Source of the DNA: Podarcis pityusensis
Taxonomy: Eukaryota
Assembly (NCBI GenBank): GCA_964106645.2
Contig: OZ067039.1
Reading direction: 5' to 3' (one strand)
Length of the DNA stretch: 64,000 bases
Shown here: in pieces, positions 21,958 through 35,010 of the stretch
How positions within the stretch are numbered: the first letter of the stretch is position 1
Layout of the letters: the number at the start of each line of letters is the position of its first letter
Notes under the pieces: generated by a model
Told to the model about the DNA's origin: nothing
Database searches by the model: none
What the model saw: only the letters and a program-made list of their open reading frames with translations
Made by a program: the position numbers and the translations under genes

Positions 21958-22554
21958 GTTGTGGCCAAAATTATGCCAAAAAACCTAAACAAAAATTGAT
22001 GTGTGAAGTGTGATTTATTTGGGGGGTGGCAATTGTGGGACTCAACACGCAATTGCTTCAGAGTCAAGTAGAAGCTCTTTATCTCATGATCTCTTGTTTG
22101 CAATTCAGCAGGATGCTGGCTTAATTACAGAATGTGATGGTGGCTGAGTTTACAGCCCACCAGATGGTTATGTCAGTTGTTAAAAGCGCAAGATCCCCAC
22201 CCATCCACTGGAATGTTGTTACAGCTCTCCTACGCTGGATTGGCATTAGTTAAGATGGCTGCTTTGTTTAGCAGTGAATGAAGTTAAGGAAAGATGGTGA
22301 GGTTTGCTGCACTTTTGTAGATGCCAAATGTGCAACAATATGGAGGATGCCATAGGTTGTGTGGTTTCAGCTCCCTTAGGAAAGCTGGAATTTAGATGAA
22401 GCTGCTTGGAAAAATTTGCAACACAGTGGCAAGGTGCATAATAAAGGTTAAAGGCATAGCCTGTATTGCCAGTACAATTTGCAAAAGGTGGCTTCTTGTA
22501 AAGGACAAGGCAATTTAGACCTGGTGCTGGACTTGCCGCACTAGACAGCCTATT

Positions 22555-22685
22555 CCCTTTTAAAATGTGTTGTTTTTATTTTGATTATGTATTTTGTGGT
22601 TTTATATTCTGATTTTATTCTGGGAACCACCTTGAGACCTGTGGGTGTAGGGCGGTATATAAATTCAATAAATTAATAAAATAAT
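22555..22685 (+). mobile_element. LINE (L2-like) 3' tail fragment
   Basis: T-rich tract followed by CCACCTTGAG...GGGCGGTATATAAAT and an (AATAA)n tail. Confidence 0.5.
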
Positions 22686-24257
22686 AGAAAAGTGAAAATT
22701 AAATCGTGTGTACAAGTGGAAGCATGAAATCTGAAAACATAGCACTGTAGGAAGTCCTGCATGACCATTTGTGGGAAGACCATTTGCCTTCCATTCATGG
22801 TATTATTTTGTTAACTCCCTGCTTTTTCTTCATTGTGTTTCTCTTCTCCTACTTCCTAGATTTAATGCTGGCTTTTTCTTTGTTATCATGAAAGTCAAAA
22901 CCTGCTCAGATATTGCATGATGGGCTATAATTTAATATGGTATTTAACCTTTTAAATGTGCTTATCCATTTGTCTTTTTTTTTGTCTACCGCTAAGTCAT
23001 TTCACAGTTGAGTTGCAGTAGTCAGCAAATGAACCCATTCACAATATCCACATGGATATCACTGAAATAAAACCAGCTATGAATATCAACCAGCTACTTC
23101 TTCTTCTGCCTTCATAAAACCTTCTATATTGGGATGATGCACAGGGATGCAAGATTTAGGCTGGGTTCTCTGCACGGCGTTGTGACTCTTGTCTATTTCT
23201 CGACTACTCCCCATGCTTGTCGAGACAATAAGCTCTTCTGTGCAATGCCTTCTTTCATTGTAAGTCCTCTCATATTTGCATAGATGGCATTATGTCAACA
23301 TTATACACAAAAGTGTATATAAAAACTCACCTCTGGGATCCCCACTCTTGTATGCTAACAGTGTTAGCATACAAATCCTACATATTTCTGTTCAGAAGTA
23401 AATCTTGCTGAGTGAAATAGGACTTAACTTTCAAGTGGGTATAGCTTTGCAGCCTGAAAAACTAAAACCAAAGCAGGGCTGTGCATTAGTAGGTGGCTTA
23501 GTGACCAGGGACTCTCACTGAATTCTGTGCAGCAAAACAAATAGGCTACAAATGGCAACAATATTGGGAGATAAATTGGGTTCATTGGGTACAGATTTAG
23601 CTCACATTCCAATAAAATTATTGGGAACACATCCTTTAATTTTTTTAATCCTTTAATTTTGCTTCCAGGGCATTTTGAGATGTATTTTCAACAAACATGG
23701 AAGATACTGCGCCAAACAGCTAGAAACTATTTTTTAAAAAGAAAAGAAAATTAATGGAGCCCTTGGATCACCTTGCAAAACTGTAGGTAGTTGACCAGTG
23801 TTCTGGAGGTACATGCATTAGACTTATTGCAGAAGTCTAATGCATGTACCTCCATCCTCATCCATGCACTGGTGTGGACGGTGCAAACCAGGGATACTGG
23901 CTCCAAATTGTGGCACAGACATAATTCTTTCTCACTGTTCATGGGCCCTTTTTTGCACTGAGATGGAGAAATGAACTTGTTTGGAAAAAATATGGGTTTG
24001 TTCCCACTGATAATAGTATAAGGTCAGTGGCAGAGAAATAGAGAGACAGATTAAGAGTGAATCAAATAATGAAATCCAAGCTTCAATTGTGCTCCAATTT
24101 AAGCTGTAAAAAAATCACCAATTGGAGACTATCCTCAAGGTTGTATATAGAGGAAATCCAGCAAGAGAAATATATGTAACTTGGCCTTTTACATATAGTC
24201 ATATTGCTACCACAGGGGAGATTACCTTTATTGTAAACCATCTTGGAAGTAAATTAA

Positions 24258-24422
24258 GAAATTGTCCAGTAGCATCTTAGAGACCAATTAAGTTTGTTCT
24301 GGGTATAAGCTTTCATGCGCATGCACACTTCTTCAGATACAAAGTTGATCTGAAGAAGTGTGCATGTACATGAAAGCTTATACCCAGAAGAAACTTGGTC
24401 TCTAATTTTTGGGACAATTTTT
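24258..24422. mobile_element. Penelope-like element terminal sequence as an inverted pair, each arm with a hammerhead-like motif
   Basis: Arms ~24258-24338 and ~24348-24422; each carries CTGAAGA-AGTGTGCATGxxCAT-GAAAGCTTATAC. Confidence 0.7.
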
Positions 24423-24499
24423 AATTTTTATTTATTTATTTCAACCGCGTCAGACCTACCTGCACCTTGGAAATATTTTATATTGAAAGGAGAGGTATG

Positions 24500-24859
24500 A
24501 GTCAAGAATAAAATCAAATATTCTTTTACATTTTCTTTATTTATATTTTTTTTAGTTTAAGAATTACACACTAGCCAACATTATTATATATTTACATGCT
24601 GAAACTGGCTGTAGTAAGTTTAGATTCAAGAAAATATCTCTTATGTGCTACTCAATTTACAATCATCATTTGACTACCTCCATGATCCCAGAGGTTAGCA
24701 GTCCTTTTGAGAAAAACATGAAAATCTGATGCAATGATATCCACTAGTATTTTGCATTTTCTAGCCATTGGAAAATGTGCATTATGTGCATATTAGAAAG
24801 GCTACAAGGTCATTAGTAAGGCTGATGATTACTACATTATGAAGTAAATAGTACTAAGT

Positions 24860-24890
<31 letters not shown>

Positions 24891-27800
24891 AGAACGGTGC
24901 AAAGACAGTACTAACAGAACCATTTAAACACCCATGCAAATTAAAATGTGAAAACTCAAAACATAGTCATCTTGATAGAATTTTTGGATGTTTTAAATGC
25001 CCGTGTTAACTAACTCAAACTGTACAATGAACCTTAAATATATTTCCGGGTGAAATTTTCTATAAATGGCATTAACAATGAAAACATATAAAATGCTGAT
25101 AAACTTGAATTAGATAACTTTTAGAGATGTGTGAAGCATTAAGAAAATAATTTAAACTAACTCTCCAACTAATATCAAACTGCAGCTAAGGTTGCCACCA
25201 TTTCAAAATAATAGTAATAACAAATTCATCATCAGAGCACTTACAGAAATAATTTGACGCATAAGGTATGTGTTGTATATAACCTGCAAAGATAACGAAT
25301 TCCAATGTATCAATTAATTAAAATGGATAGAGATGCTATCTGTATAAGCTAAAATATGGTAGTGATTAATTAACATTCCATTTATTCCTCAAAAATTCAG
25401 ACAAATGTTTCCTAGTGCATTTTGTTAAACTTTACCTTTGGTGTTAAGCAGTGTCTTGATAGTGTTCCCTTTAAATAAATTTCTAAAGTAAAGATTCTTT
25501 GGCATGGGGGGGCTGGAGTAGGGCTAGGTTGGTAAGGAAGAGACTACTATACACTGACAAATATGCCTTTCTGAAGACATTTACCTTCATGAAACAATGT
25601 CTAGAGGCCTGACCTTCATTTATACTCAAGGGGAATGACGCAAAGAGTATGTGGGGTTCTGATATGCACATGGAACTCTAAATGTGCACGACCCTGCTTT
25701 GGTGTTTGGTACGGAGGCACCAGGCCCATGGTAAATTCATTGGTAGAGGACGATCACACAGGCACAGTTCTTCTGTTCTAAGCCCACGTACTATAGCATG
25801 CATTGTCCGTCTGCATTGCCCATTGTGCAGACCGCTTGCCTTTTAATTCTCCCATAACTGGAAACAAGAGCTTTGCTCCTCTGTCATGATGGCAAAAAGC
25901 CACTATGTTCTAAAAGGTAGAGAATTTTTAAAGGAGCCCATCATAACACACAGGTCAGGTCTCCTCTCTCTACCCATAGGTATGCTCAGTCAACTACATG
26001 ACCTCATGTTGCCTGGGGTCTACTTTATAGCATGCTGATTAGCCCAAGGGTTAACTCAGAGCTGCCCATTAAAATGGAGTTGTACCAGCCCTATTCTCTC
26101 AAGATCATAGCTTTAGTGCAAGTGAACATCAAAGCACATCTTTCTGTTGCTGTGTCTACAAAATTCGGCTATGGATCTCCAATCTTATAAGGAGCACTGC
26201 GCCAGCAGTTACTGCCCAGTCTCTTTAGTGTTGAGAAAGCTGAAATATCAATCACTCAATATGTGCAGGTATTTACGAGATGCTAATGCGGATAGGGCAT
26301 GCGCACATGTACATCAGAGCCACTGGATGGGGTTGCTAACTGAAAACTCTCAGTCGCTTGATTTCTCTCTGCATTGTGTCAATGATCCAGCTAATGGTCT
26401 GTGCATTGACTGTTATAAAGTTGCACTTCCCACAGATTTGTGTATTAAAATTCTTTTCTGGAATCCAAGTCTTATGCAAAAGGGTGTTTAAATTATTCTG
26501 CTAGAGAACTGCAAATATTGTACTTGGTATTTTTAAAAAAATCACTGAACAATTACTGTTTCTATTGACTGCTCATTTACAGCTTATTTAAATATTTACA
26601 TGATTTTAGGACACTAACCTAAATCATAAATAGAATCAGCTTTTTGCCTTACATTAAGTACAAATTAGAAGTTAAAAATGTTAAGAAATCTGATAATATT
26701 TACACATGTTCGGTTTTAATTATGATTGCTCACTTTGTATGTTCTATGTACAGATAGCAAAATGTTATGACCACTACTTTAAAAGTATTGTACCCTGGCC
26801 TTCCTTTTCGCTTTTTTCCATATAAATATTTTGTATTTTTTAAGCTCATTCTAGGTATTAGGACTTTTTTTTTTAAGTTACTAGTGGACAATGTTTTTAT
26901 TTTAAAAAAAGAGAAGAAACAGGCAAGCAATGTGAGAGCTAGTCTACTTTGAGATGCTAGGAGGTACAGTACTATCATAATGTCAAACTGTGAAATGCTT
27001 CGTAAGAATTATATGCATTGATCTGCTGATATAGAAATGCCCAGTTACCCTGTATAGTAAGATTTTAATTACATTAATAATTTGCTTTCTCAAAAAAATA
27101 TTCACATATCATTTGAATATAGAAAGAAAACTGTTATTAGCTTATTCCTTTAAAACACCTATGTAAGAGTCTAGCCCAAATCCAGACAACCACAAGAGCT
27201 ACAGGAGGGAGGATGCTTGCCTGCATACCAAAAAAGAAAGAACGAAAGAAAGAAAGAAAAGAAAAGATAGGGCTCAGCAGCACTGTCTTAGTCTCAGCCC
27301 GGATCATCCACCAGGAAGGCAAGAGCAGGCAGTGCTTCCTTTTGACTCTGTGAGCCCTCTTCTCCTTTCCCATAACTGACTGGCAGTATAAGCATCTCAC
27401 CCCCTTCAGTACAGATCATCTCTTAAGAGGGGGGCAGGAGCATCAAGACAGAGTCCATGTGACCTTTTGCTTACTCCTCATTCCTGTTTCCTTCTCACTG
27501 TGCGGATGTGATATAATGGGAGAAACCACGATCCCACAACTCTGCTGGGGTTACAAACAGTTTGATAGATCTTGGAATTTCACCTCCCCGCCCCCCAAAT
27601 TCCTTTTGGCAACCTTCCTGCACCTCAATAAAGCAGATCTGTGGGCAGAAACCCATTTCCATGTGGGTCGCTCTCACTGGATTAGGATGTCTGTGTGCAT
27701 ATAGCACGTATATTACACGCACACACACACAGAGGAATATATATACACATATTGGCATACATGTCTATATATTCGTTGTTTGCTTGGATAATGTTTAGTG

Positions 27801-30654
27801 TTTTGTTTCGTTTGCTTACATTAACTTTGCTAACTATGAAATTGGAACACAGTTTCAGGTTTGCTTTTTGTTTGTTTTTTTAAAAAAACATTATTTCAGT
27901 TGCACTGTTAATGTACATATTACCTTAACTTAAATGGGCTTTGTTCCCCAGATATATCTATACTGTATATCTATCTATATATGCACTTACTCTCATGTTC
28001 TCTATGCATTGTGCTTTTGTGTCTGGCAGATTCTAAGTCCCATCCCACCCCCATATTAGAATATAAAAATTCTCAGATGTTTCCTTCAGTGCTATTATTC
28101 AAGACTTTTGTTTCCCCCTGGGGATGCTAACAGAAAATGTTCAGAATGACATTGCTTGGTTCTTTCTTCCCAGTCATTAAAACTGCAATAATATAGAAAC
28201 ATAACATTCCTTAGGCAAACACAAATATGCTGCATGATTCTTTTAGTTTGGAAAATGCATATTAGACTTACTAGCAGTCATATACAGAACATATTTACAG
28301 AGCATTGATTGCAAAGATATTGTTAAAACTGTGCCGTATTATATAGTAATTTTGCCATAAATTTCACAAAGATGAAGAGAAAACACCTTAATTGCTGGCT
28401 AGTATGCATCCTGAAACCTGAAAAGATGGAGTGATTATTATGTGGAAATATAGACCAAACAAAACTGTGAGAGAGTATATTTTAGCTCAATTCAAAGGTA
28501 ACCATGTATTTAAGTTTGCTTTATGCAACAATATTATGGTCCCCCACTTTTTAAAAGCTCAATCTAGTCTGTACACCTGTACACAGTATTTAGAATTAAT
28601 TAGCTCAGAAACAGGGTAGTCTGTCTATTCCTGGAAGCATCTTTTCCTTAATAACAAAAAGGACCTCATGGAGGTGATTGTTTACTTGCTTTGTTATCCC
28701 TGTGGGTAGAATTTCATCCTCTCATTGGCAAGGTCAGATAATATTATGGCTTGTACTATAAACTTCCAGATATCTTAAAGTGCAGTACTAGGAGCTGATT
28801 TTGTAGTTTTTATTATAGCTGACCTGTTGAACCAATGTGAGAAAAAAAGGTATTTTCTTTGAAGGCCTATAAATCCCGTGCATTAATTACAAGGCCAATA
28901 TTTTTCACACTCCTTAAACTTCATTTCTTAAAATAATAATGGGTGTTTGTACAAAGAAAATGAAAATCAGAAGAAACCATGAATACAGCATAGCTCAACT
29001 GTCACAAAAGATGTCCTAAGCAAGGGTTGTTTAAAACATGACTAGTCCAGTTGTGGATGACATCAAAAGACAGATGATGCCCTGACTTGTGAAGTGTACT
29101 CAGCCCCAATGCACATGGAAAAACATGAGTCACGTGATCAGTATTTTTTACAAATACATCATGATGTTCGAAATTCTCAACAATCATGTATGAACACTGG
29201 GTGCTCAGTTACCCCAGTTTTAAAATTCTTTACAGAGGAAATGCTCAAACACTCATAGTGCTACTATAAAGTCAAGTGGAGAAGATACACCAATAAATAA
29301 ACTCTGCAGAACTGACTGGAAGATTCAACAATACTTAGTGGATTTAACTTTTTGCCTTTATTTTGTCCCACCATTTCAGGAATGGGGACCATATAATAGT
29401 ATGAATTACTTGAAGGAAAACGGGGGCATTTCTATTGTTCATGATTTTGAGAAAAATAATTCAGCCTCTTCCACCAGAAGATGCTGGAGAATCCAGCTAT
29501 TTAAAATAAATATTCCCCCCCCCCCCAGTACTCCCTTAAGTATTGCGTCTAAAAAGAAACACTTCTCAAACTGAATGCAATGGAACTGGGTGAGGAAAAT
29601 AACCCAACTCTTGTAAGTTTATAAGCTGTCTGTCTTTTAAAATATATATTGTTTAAACAGCAGACGTGATTCTATTCCATCTATTTGATGTGGAAATGAG
29701 ATACAAATCAAAACAGCAACTGAGAATCCGTAAGAGAGGTTTATACTAACAAGCAAACTGACACCAATTATTTGTATAGTCTTTACCTGTCCCTTACATT
29801 TGGAAACATTTGCCACTGTTTTCTCTCTTCCACAGGGAAGGACTGAGCACCGAGAGAAAGCCACCTATGAAGTCACTTGCTGGCCTACTTACATTTGGCA
29901 CTTTACACTTTAGACATTATGCTTCATGGCACACTGTAGCACATAGTTGGGAATCTCTCAAACAACTCTAAGGGTCATTGTCACACAGCACGGTAACCAC
30001 AGTGCTGCATTAACTCTTTGCAATTTATCTTCCAAATGAAATGCTTTCAAGTTTCATGAAAACTCCTCACTCACCCAAAACTTCCCTTCTCTACATCAGT
30101 AACATCATCTATTTGGGAAACCTCTGATACTCATTCCGCATGGTATGACGGTAGGCACTACTTAATTTCAAGTTAATGCATTTGACAGGTAACACAGGAA
30201 GATGGTTTGGATTGCAACTATAACACTTCTCTCCATCCAGGTAATGTTGTGTATGCTCCAGATGTGAAGAGAGGCATGAGATACATTGCTCTTTGAACTC
30301 AAACCTATTTTCTTGCTTCCTCTTTCTGTGCTTAAACTTATGAGTGCTAAAAGGAGGGTGGAAACAACAGAATGAGGAAGTTTCAAATTCTGCCTCCAAA
30401 TATCAAATGCTATTATATATTTAAAGGTCATGTTGTATACATTTGTACTGTAACTTAAATATTTCACAATTTTGCAAAGAAAACCCAAACATTACAAAAC
30501 AGATTATAGAGTGGGCCAGCAACTAAGGTGTTTTAAAATAACTTTTTGTCCTGAATAGGTTTTTGTTTTTGTTTTCCCTAAGTCCCACATTTGGCTGTAC
30601 AACCGATTTTGAAGAGAAATCCAGTTCTTGATAGCTGTGTGGCTTTATTTTGTT
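24500..30654 (-). other. GABRB2: Probable long GABRB2 3' UTR (distal end uncertain)
   Basis: About 6 kb of AT-rich sequence with no recognisable TEs after the stop codon; candidate minus-strand AATAAA at 25381-25386 and 24536-24541. Confidence 0.5.
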
Positions 30655-31044
<390 letters not shown>

Positions 31045-32963
31045 TCAGACTCAGCCAATCATCAAGCAGGCAAGACCCAAGAAGTCCAACTCAATGTTGG
31101 CCTACGGAAGTATGCAACTTAAAGTGGCATACATACATTTACTTGTGGGTCCTGTATTTTGAAAGCACAGGCAAATACATTGTATGGCACTGTTAGTAGC
31201 CACATGTTTGTCTGGCAGATATCTCGGAAACTTGCGGCACTGCCACTATGCGTTTGCATGAAGTGCTGCACTTTGCTGGCCCAAAAGTTCTGTTCTGACA
31301 AGACTTCTCAGCATTTACAATTAGAATGAGCTCAAAAGAATGATGCAGCGATGAGATACATCAGGTATAACTTCTGCACTTCATCACAGGCCTTCTGTTT
31401 GGATGCAGTGTGAAATCCATTGGAACAATTTTGGAACTCTCATATCACTAGAGTTCAAAATGCATATTTTGATATAAAGATTAGATTCTGTGTTTAGAGA
31501 GAAAGCTGATGAGCTGCTTTACACCTGCGCTAGGACCTCTTTCAAGTTGCAATGCCCAGGATAACAGTGTTCAATTCATCGTGGAACATCTCATCAGAAC
31601 AGAAGGCTGGCCATGGCATTAGGCTGTACTTCAGAGGCAAGTCTAACCAGGCATTCATTTCAGAGTATAATCACATTAAATCTCAGCACTGGTTTTGAAG
31701 TGTTATTAGTAACTTTTTAAAATGTGAGATTATATAGTATACTGTAATAAAAAATAATAATGCCATGTTGTTTCTGGCATTAACTGTACAAAGGGAAAGT
31801 GGCAGAGCTCTCTGTTACTCTGAGGTAAATCTGTCACTATCTGCAATTTTTTCCTCAAAAAAGTTGCCATTTTGCTTGGCAGGAGATAAGTACCAATCCT
31901 TAATTTTAATAGCTGTTATAAACCAGTTTTCTTATCAGACAATTAAATTTAAATTGATGCTGAATATTATGTTAACACATTTTATAGCAATTCAGTAAAT
32001 TCTTTACATTTTCATTTGAAAAGTGATGTGTTTTATTGGGCTGACTTCTAATGGTGGACAGATTCCATTTTCATTACATGAACATATGTATAAATAGTTC
32101 AGAATAAACTGCATTTTTCTACTCTTTCACTCTAGCAATTCCTTACATGATTGTGAACTCAAATGTGTCTGCAGGATTCTCGCCCCATTTCCCAGGTCCT
32201 CACTCACTTGCATTTCAGCAATAGTTCTACTTCAAAAGTGCAGGCCCTCTGTTAATTTCTGCTGCTAGAGGGCTTGGAGAATTTTAATTCTCGTTTGACA
32301 GTATGTATGAAAATTTTCTATGGAGAATATTTATGGCAAGGTTTTCTCAAACTTTGTTTCTTATCAAATCTTGCCTTCATTTTTTATTCTTCCAAGCATA
32401 AACTAATGGAAAATGAAGACAACTAGATAGGTTTAGGTGGGATATAATACACACAAACAATGATATTCTGAAACCGCTAAAGAGAGCCACACATTTAAAG
32501 TAGTCTTCCACGACTGCCATTTGCTAGATCAGGAGCTGTGGGTGGGCATAAATCAAATGCGCATCTGAGTCTGGATGCTGTATGTCAACACTGCTTTACT
32601 TTCAAGGTCCATTTATTGATAAGAAATAAATAAATAACATTGCCAGCATGCAAATTTGATTCACGTGCGTTTAGGGAGGAGGCCATACTTTCAACCCCAT
32701 CCCCACTGTTGCCTGTTCTTCCTGCAATAATTGTCTGTGCTGCATGCTGTTTTCTGCAGAAAAATTCAAATGTGCACACAGCTACTTGAGTACACAGGTT
32801 ATGTGTGATAGGCACACTACAGGTGAGTACGTGCTCACACATTTGCATTTGTCTGCTAACAACTACAGACAACGGGGACAATATGGATGTACACATGAGT
32901 AATGAGTAGTTTGAAAAGCCAAAGTTTTACATATTTATGGGGTTATAGATTATCAGTGAGGAT

Positions 32964-32972
32964 TTATTATTA

Positions 32973-33013
<41 letters not shown>
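32964..33013. repeat. (ATT)n microsatellite
   Basis: Directly visible in the sequence. Confidence 0.9.
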
Positions 33014-33016
<3 letters not shown>

Positions 33017-34671
33017 TTAACTGATTTAACTCATTAAATGTTTATCATGATATTATATCGAAAAGTTGTTTTAAATCAAGGATTCTGAAGTAAGCTGAGT
33101 ATGTTAAATTTGAAGTTGTGCTGCTAAACCCATGTGGGACTTTGCTTCTTAATTTATGAACATTTAGGTTTCAACAGATCAAGGTGTAATTTAGTCAAAG
33201 TGATCCAATTTTGCTTTCCTATTAAAATCATGCGGAGTCGGGTATTGTTTGAAACCCCATATAATTTCTTTTTGAATATCTGGAATGAAATTGTAATTCA
33301 AAATCTGTTCCACTGTCACAAAATATGCCTGTTGCATAGGATATGTCTGAGCTGGAAAACATTTACGGTCTAGCCTGTAACAAAAGCAACTTAATTCTGA
33401 TCAGAATGCCTGGAGTAGGTTCTCTACCACTTCCCATCGAAACAAACAGCACATTATTTCTGCAGTCTCATAACAAACATTTATGTATGTATAAGCATAG
33501 CCATTTCATTTTACAAGACATTATTACTACCCCGTCACTGAATTTTGAAGTCAGCCAGCCAATCCCAAACAGGAGTAAACAGGCAGGGGTGAATATTCCG
33601 GGGCCCCCACAGTGGATAATTGCATATTTCAACATGTATTTCATGGCATCAAGCTTTATTAAAGAATTCACCATTTTGCAAACAGTAAATTCTTTATAAA
33701 GTTGTTTTTTTAAAAAATCATTTTAAAGAGAAGGAAGTTAGTCTTGTGACACAAAAACTGCAAAACAAATACGGCATTTTCAATTACATCCAAGGTTAAA
33801 GAACAGGAGCACTGGTTAATCTGAACAGCTATACTGGGGGTGGTGGGTAGGTTGGATGGGGTGAGTCACACAAGCAGGGTAGCAAAGCTATTTTAAAGTT
33901 TCATTTTCCATTTCCAGTCAGAGTCCAGACCTCAGGAGTTAAGCCAGTCTTCAGCCTTCTACACACTTCAGGTAAAATGGAACTGTGCACTTGGCCAGAG
34001 ATAAATTTGCTTGAATGTAAAATAGGGGTTGGTGTATTCTGACAAGGTAACTTTACAGAATATTGAGGGTATGAAACACTGAGTAAAAAAGTGCCTGGTA
34101 ATAAATATAAATCAAATTCTCAAATGGCCAGCTTTGGAGTCTTCTATGGCTGCTGCGGAGATGCGATTAACGGTTGCTGCAATGTGAATAACTTGTCACA
34201 CACCCAAAGAATTTAGGAGAAAAACAGCATATAAGCAATTTAGTATTACTCTTTTTTTCTTGTCATATGTTTTTCTGCTGTTATCAGACACTTGTCTGAT
34301 AACACCACAGTTTGAGAAGGCTGGAGGTCTCTACACCTTTTCCAAAGAGACATTGGAAATTACTACATAGCCGTAAATTAGTAATGGATGAACCTCCCAA
34401 TTGATTTACTGTATAGCAGTTAGAAAGTGATTGCACATGTCTTCAAGCTTTTCCTCGTTGGAAATTGGTCTACCTTTCATTTCCGAAACAGGAAATGCAC
34501 AAGGTTACGATAAAGGATAAAAGGATGAAAAGTAAATTGAGCTGATTTTTGGATCTGAAGTTTTAGGAAGGCAACTGAGAGCACCATTGCAATACAGCAG
34601 GTTCACCCATCCCTAATGAAAATGTATGCTTATAACTATATAGAAGCTTACAATACAACAGTGAAACACAT

Positions 34672-35010
34672 TAATTCTGCAGGGCGCCTTTTATCCAGAC
34701 GGATCCCAAAGCGCTTTACAGATTTTTAGAAAGCGACATCACTTCACCAACAAGTGCAATCACCTCTCAGGCGAAATGGGGTGGCTATCTAACATCGCCA
34801 AACAACGCATTGTATTTTAGTACAGGAAATGAAGAATGCTGTAGCCAATTAAAACTATGCAGTGGGTGGGTGAGTGGTGGGAATGGTTCAGAAGGTAGAA
34901 GACAACTTAGAATACAACTAAAACTTGGACAGGATCCTGGCATTAAGATGCTAGTTCTTGCAAAAAGTGCCGTGGGATCTTTAATTGACCACTAATGGTC
35001 CAAGATCTCA
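34672..35010 (-). mobile_element. AmnSINE1/DeuSINE remnant
   Basis: The reverse complement contains the Deu-domain-like GTGGTCAATTAAAGATCCCACGGCACTTTTTGCAAGA and the tail GGTGAAGTGAT...TGTAAAGCGCTTTGGGATCC...AAAGGCGC. Confidence 0.75.

Larger units (their letters stand above)
15560..22055 (+). mobile_element. Tyrosine-recombinase retrotransposon (DIRS order, Ngaro-type with hydrolase ORF)
   Basis: ORF order gag-like, RT/RNase H, YR, SGNH with no methyltransferase domain. CpG-rich compared with the host flanks. TATA at 15615, AATAAA at 21952. Ends inferred from the composition shift and an ATTG shared by both junctions. Confidence 0.9.
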
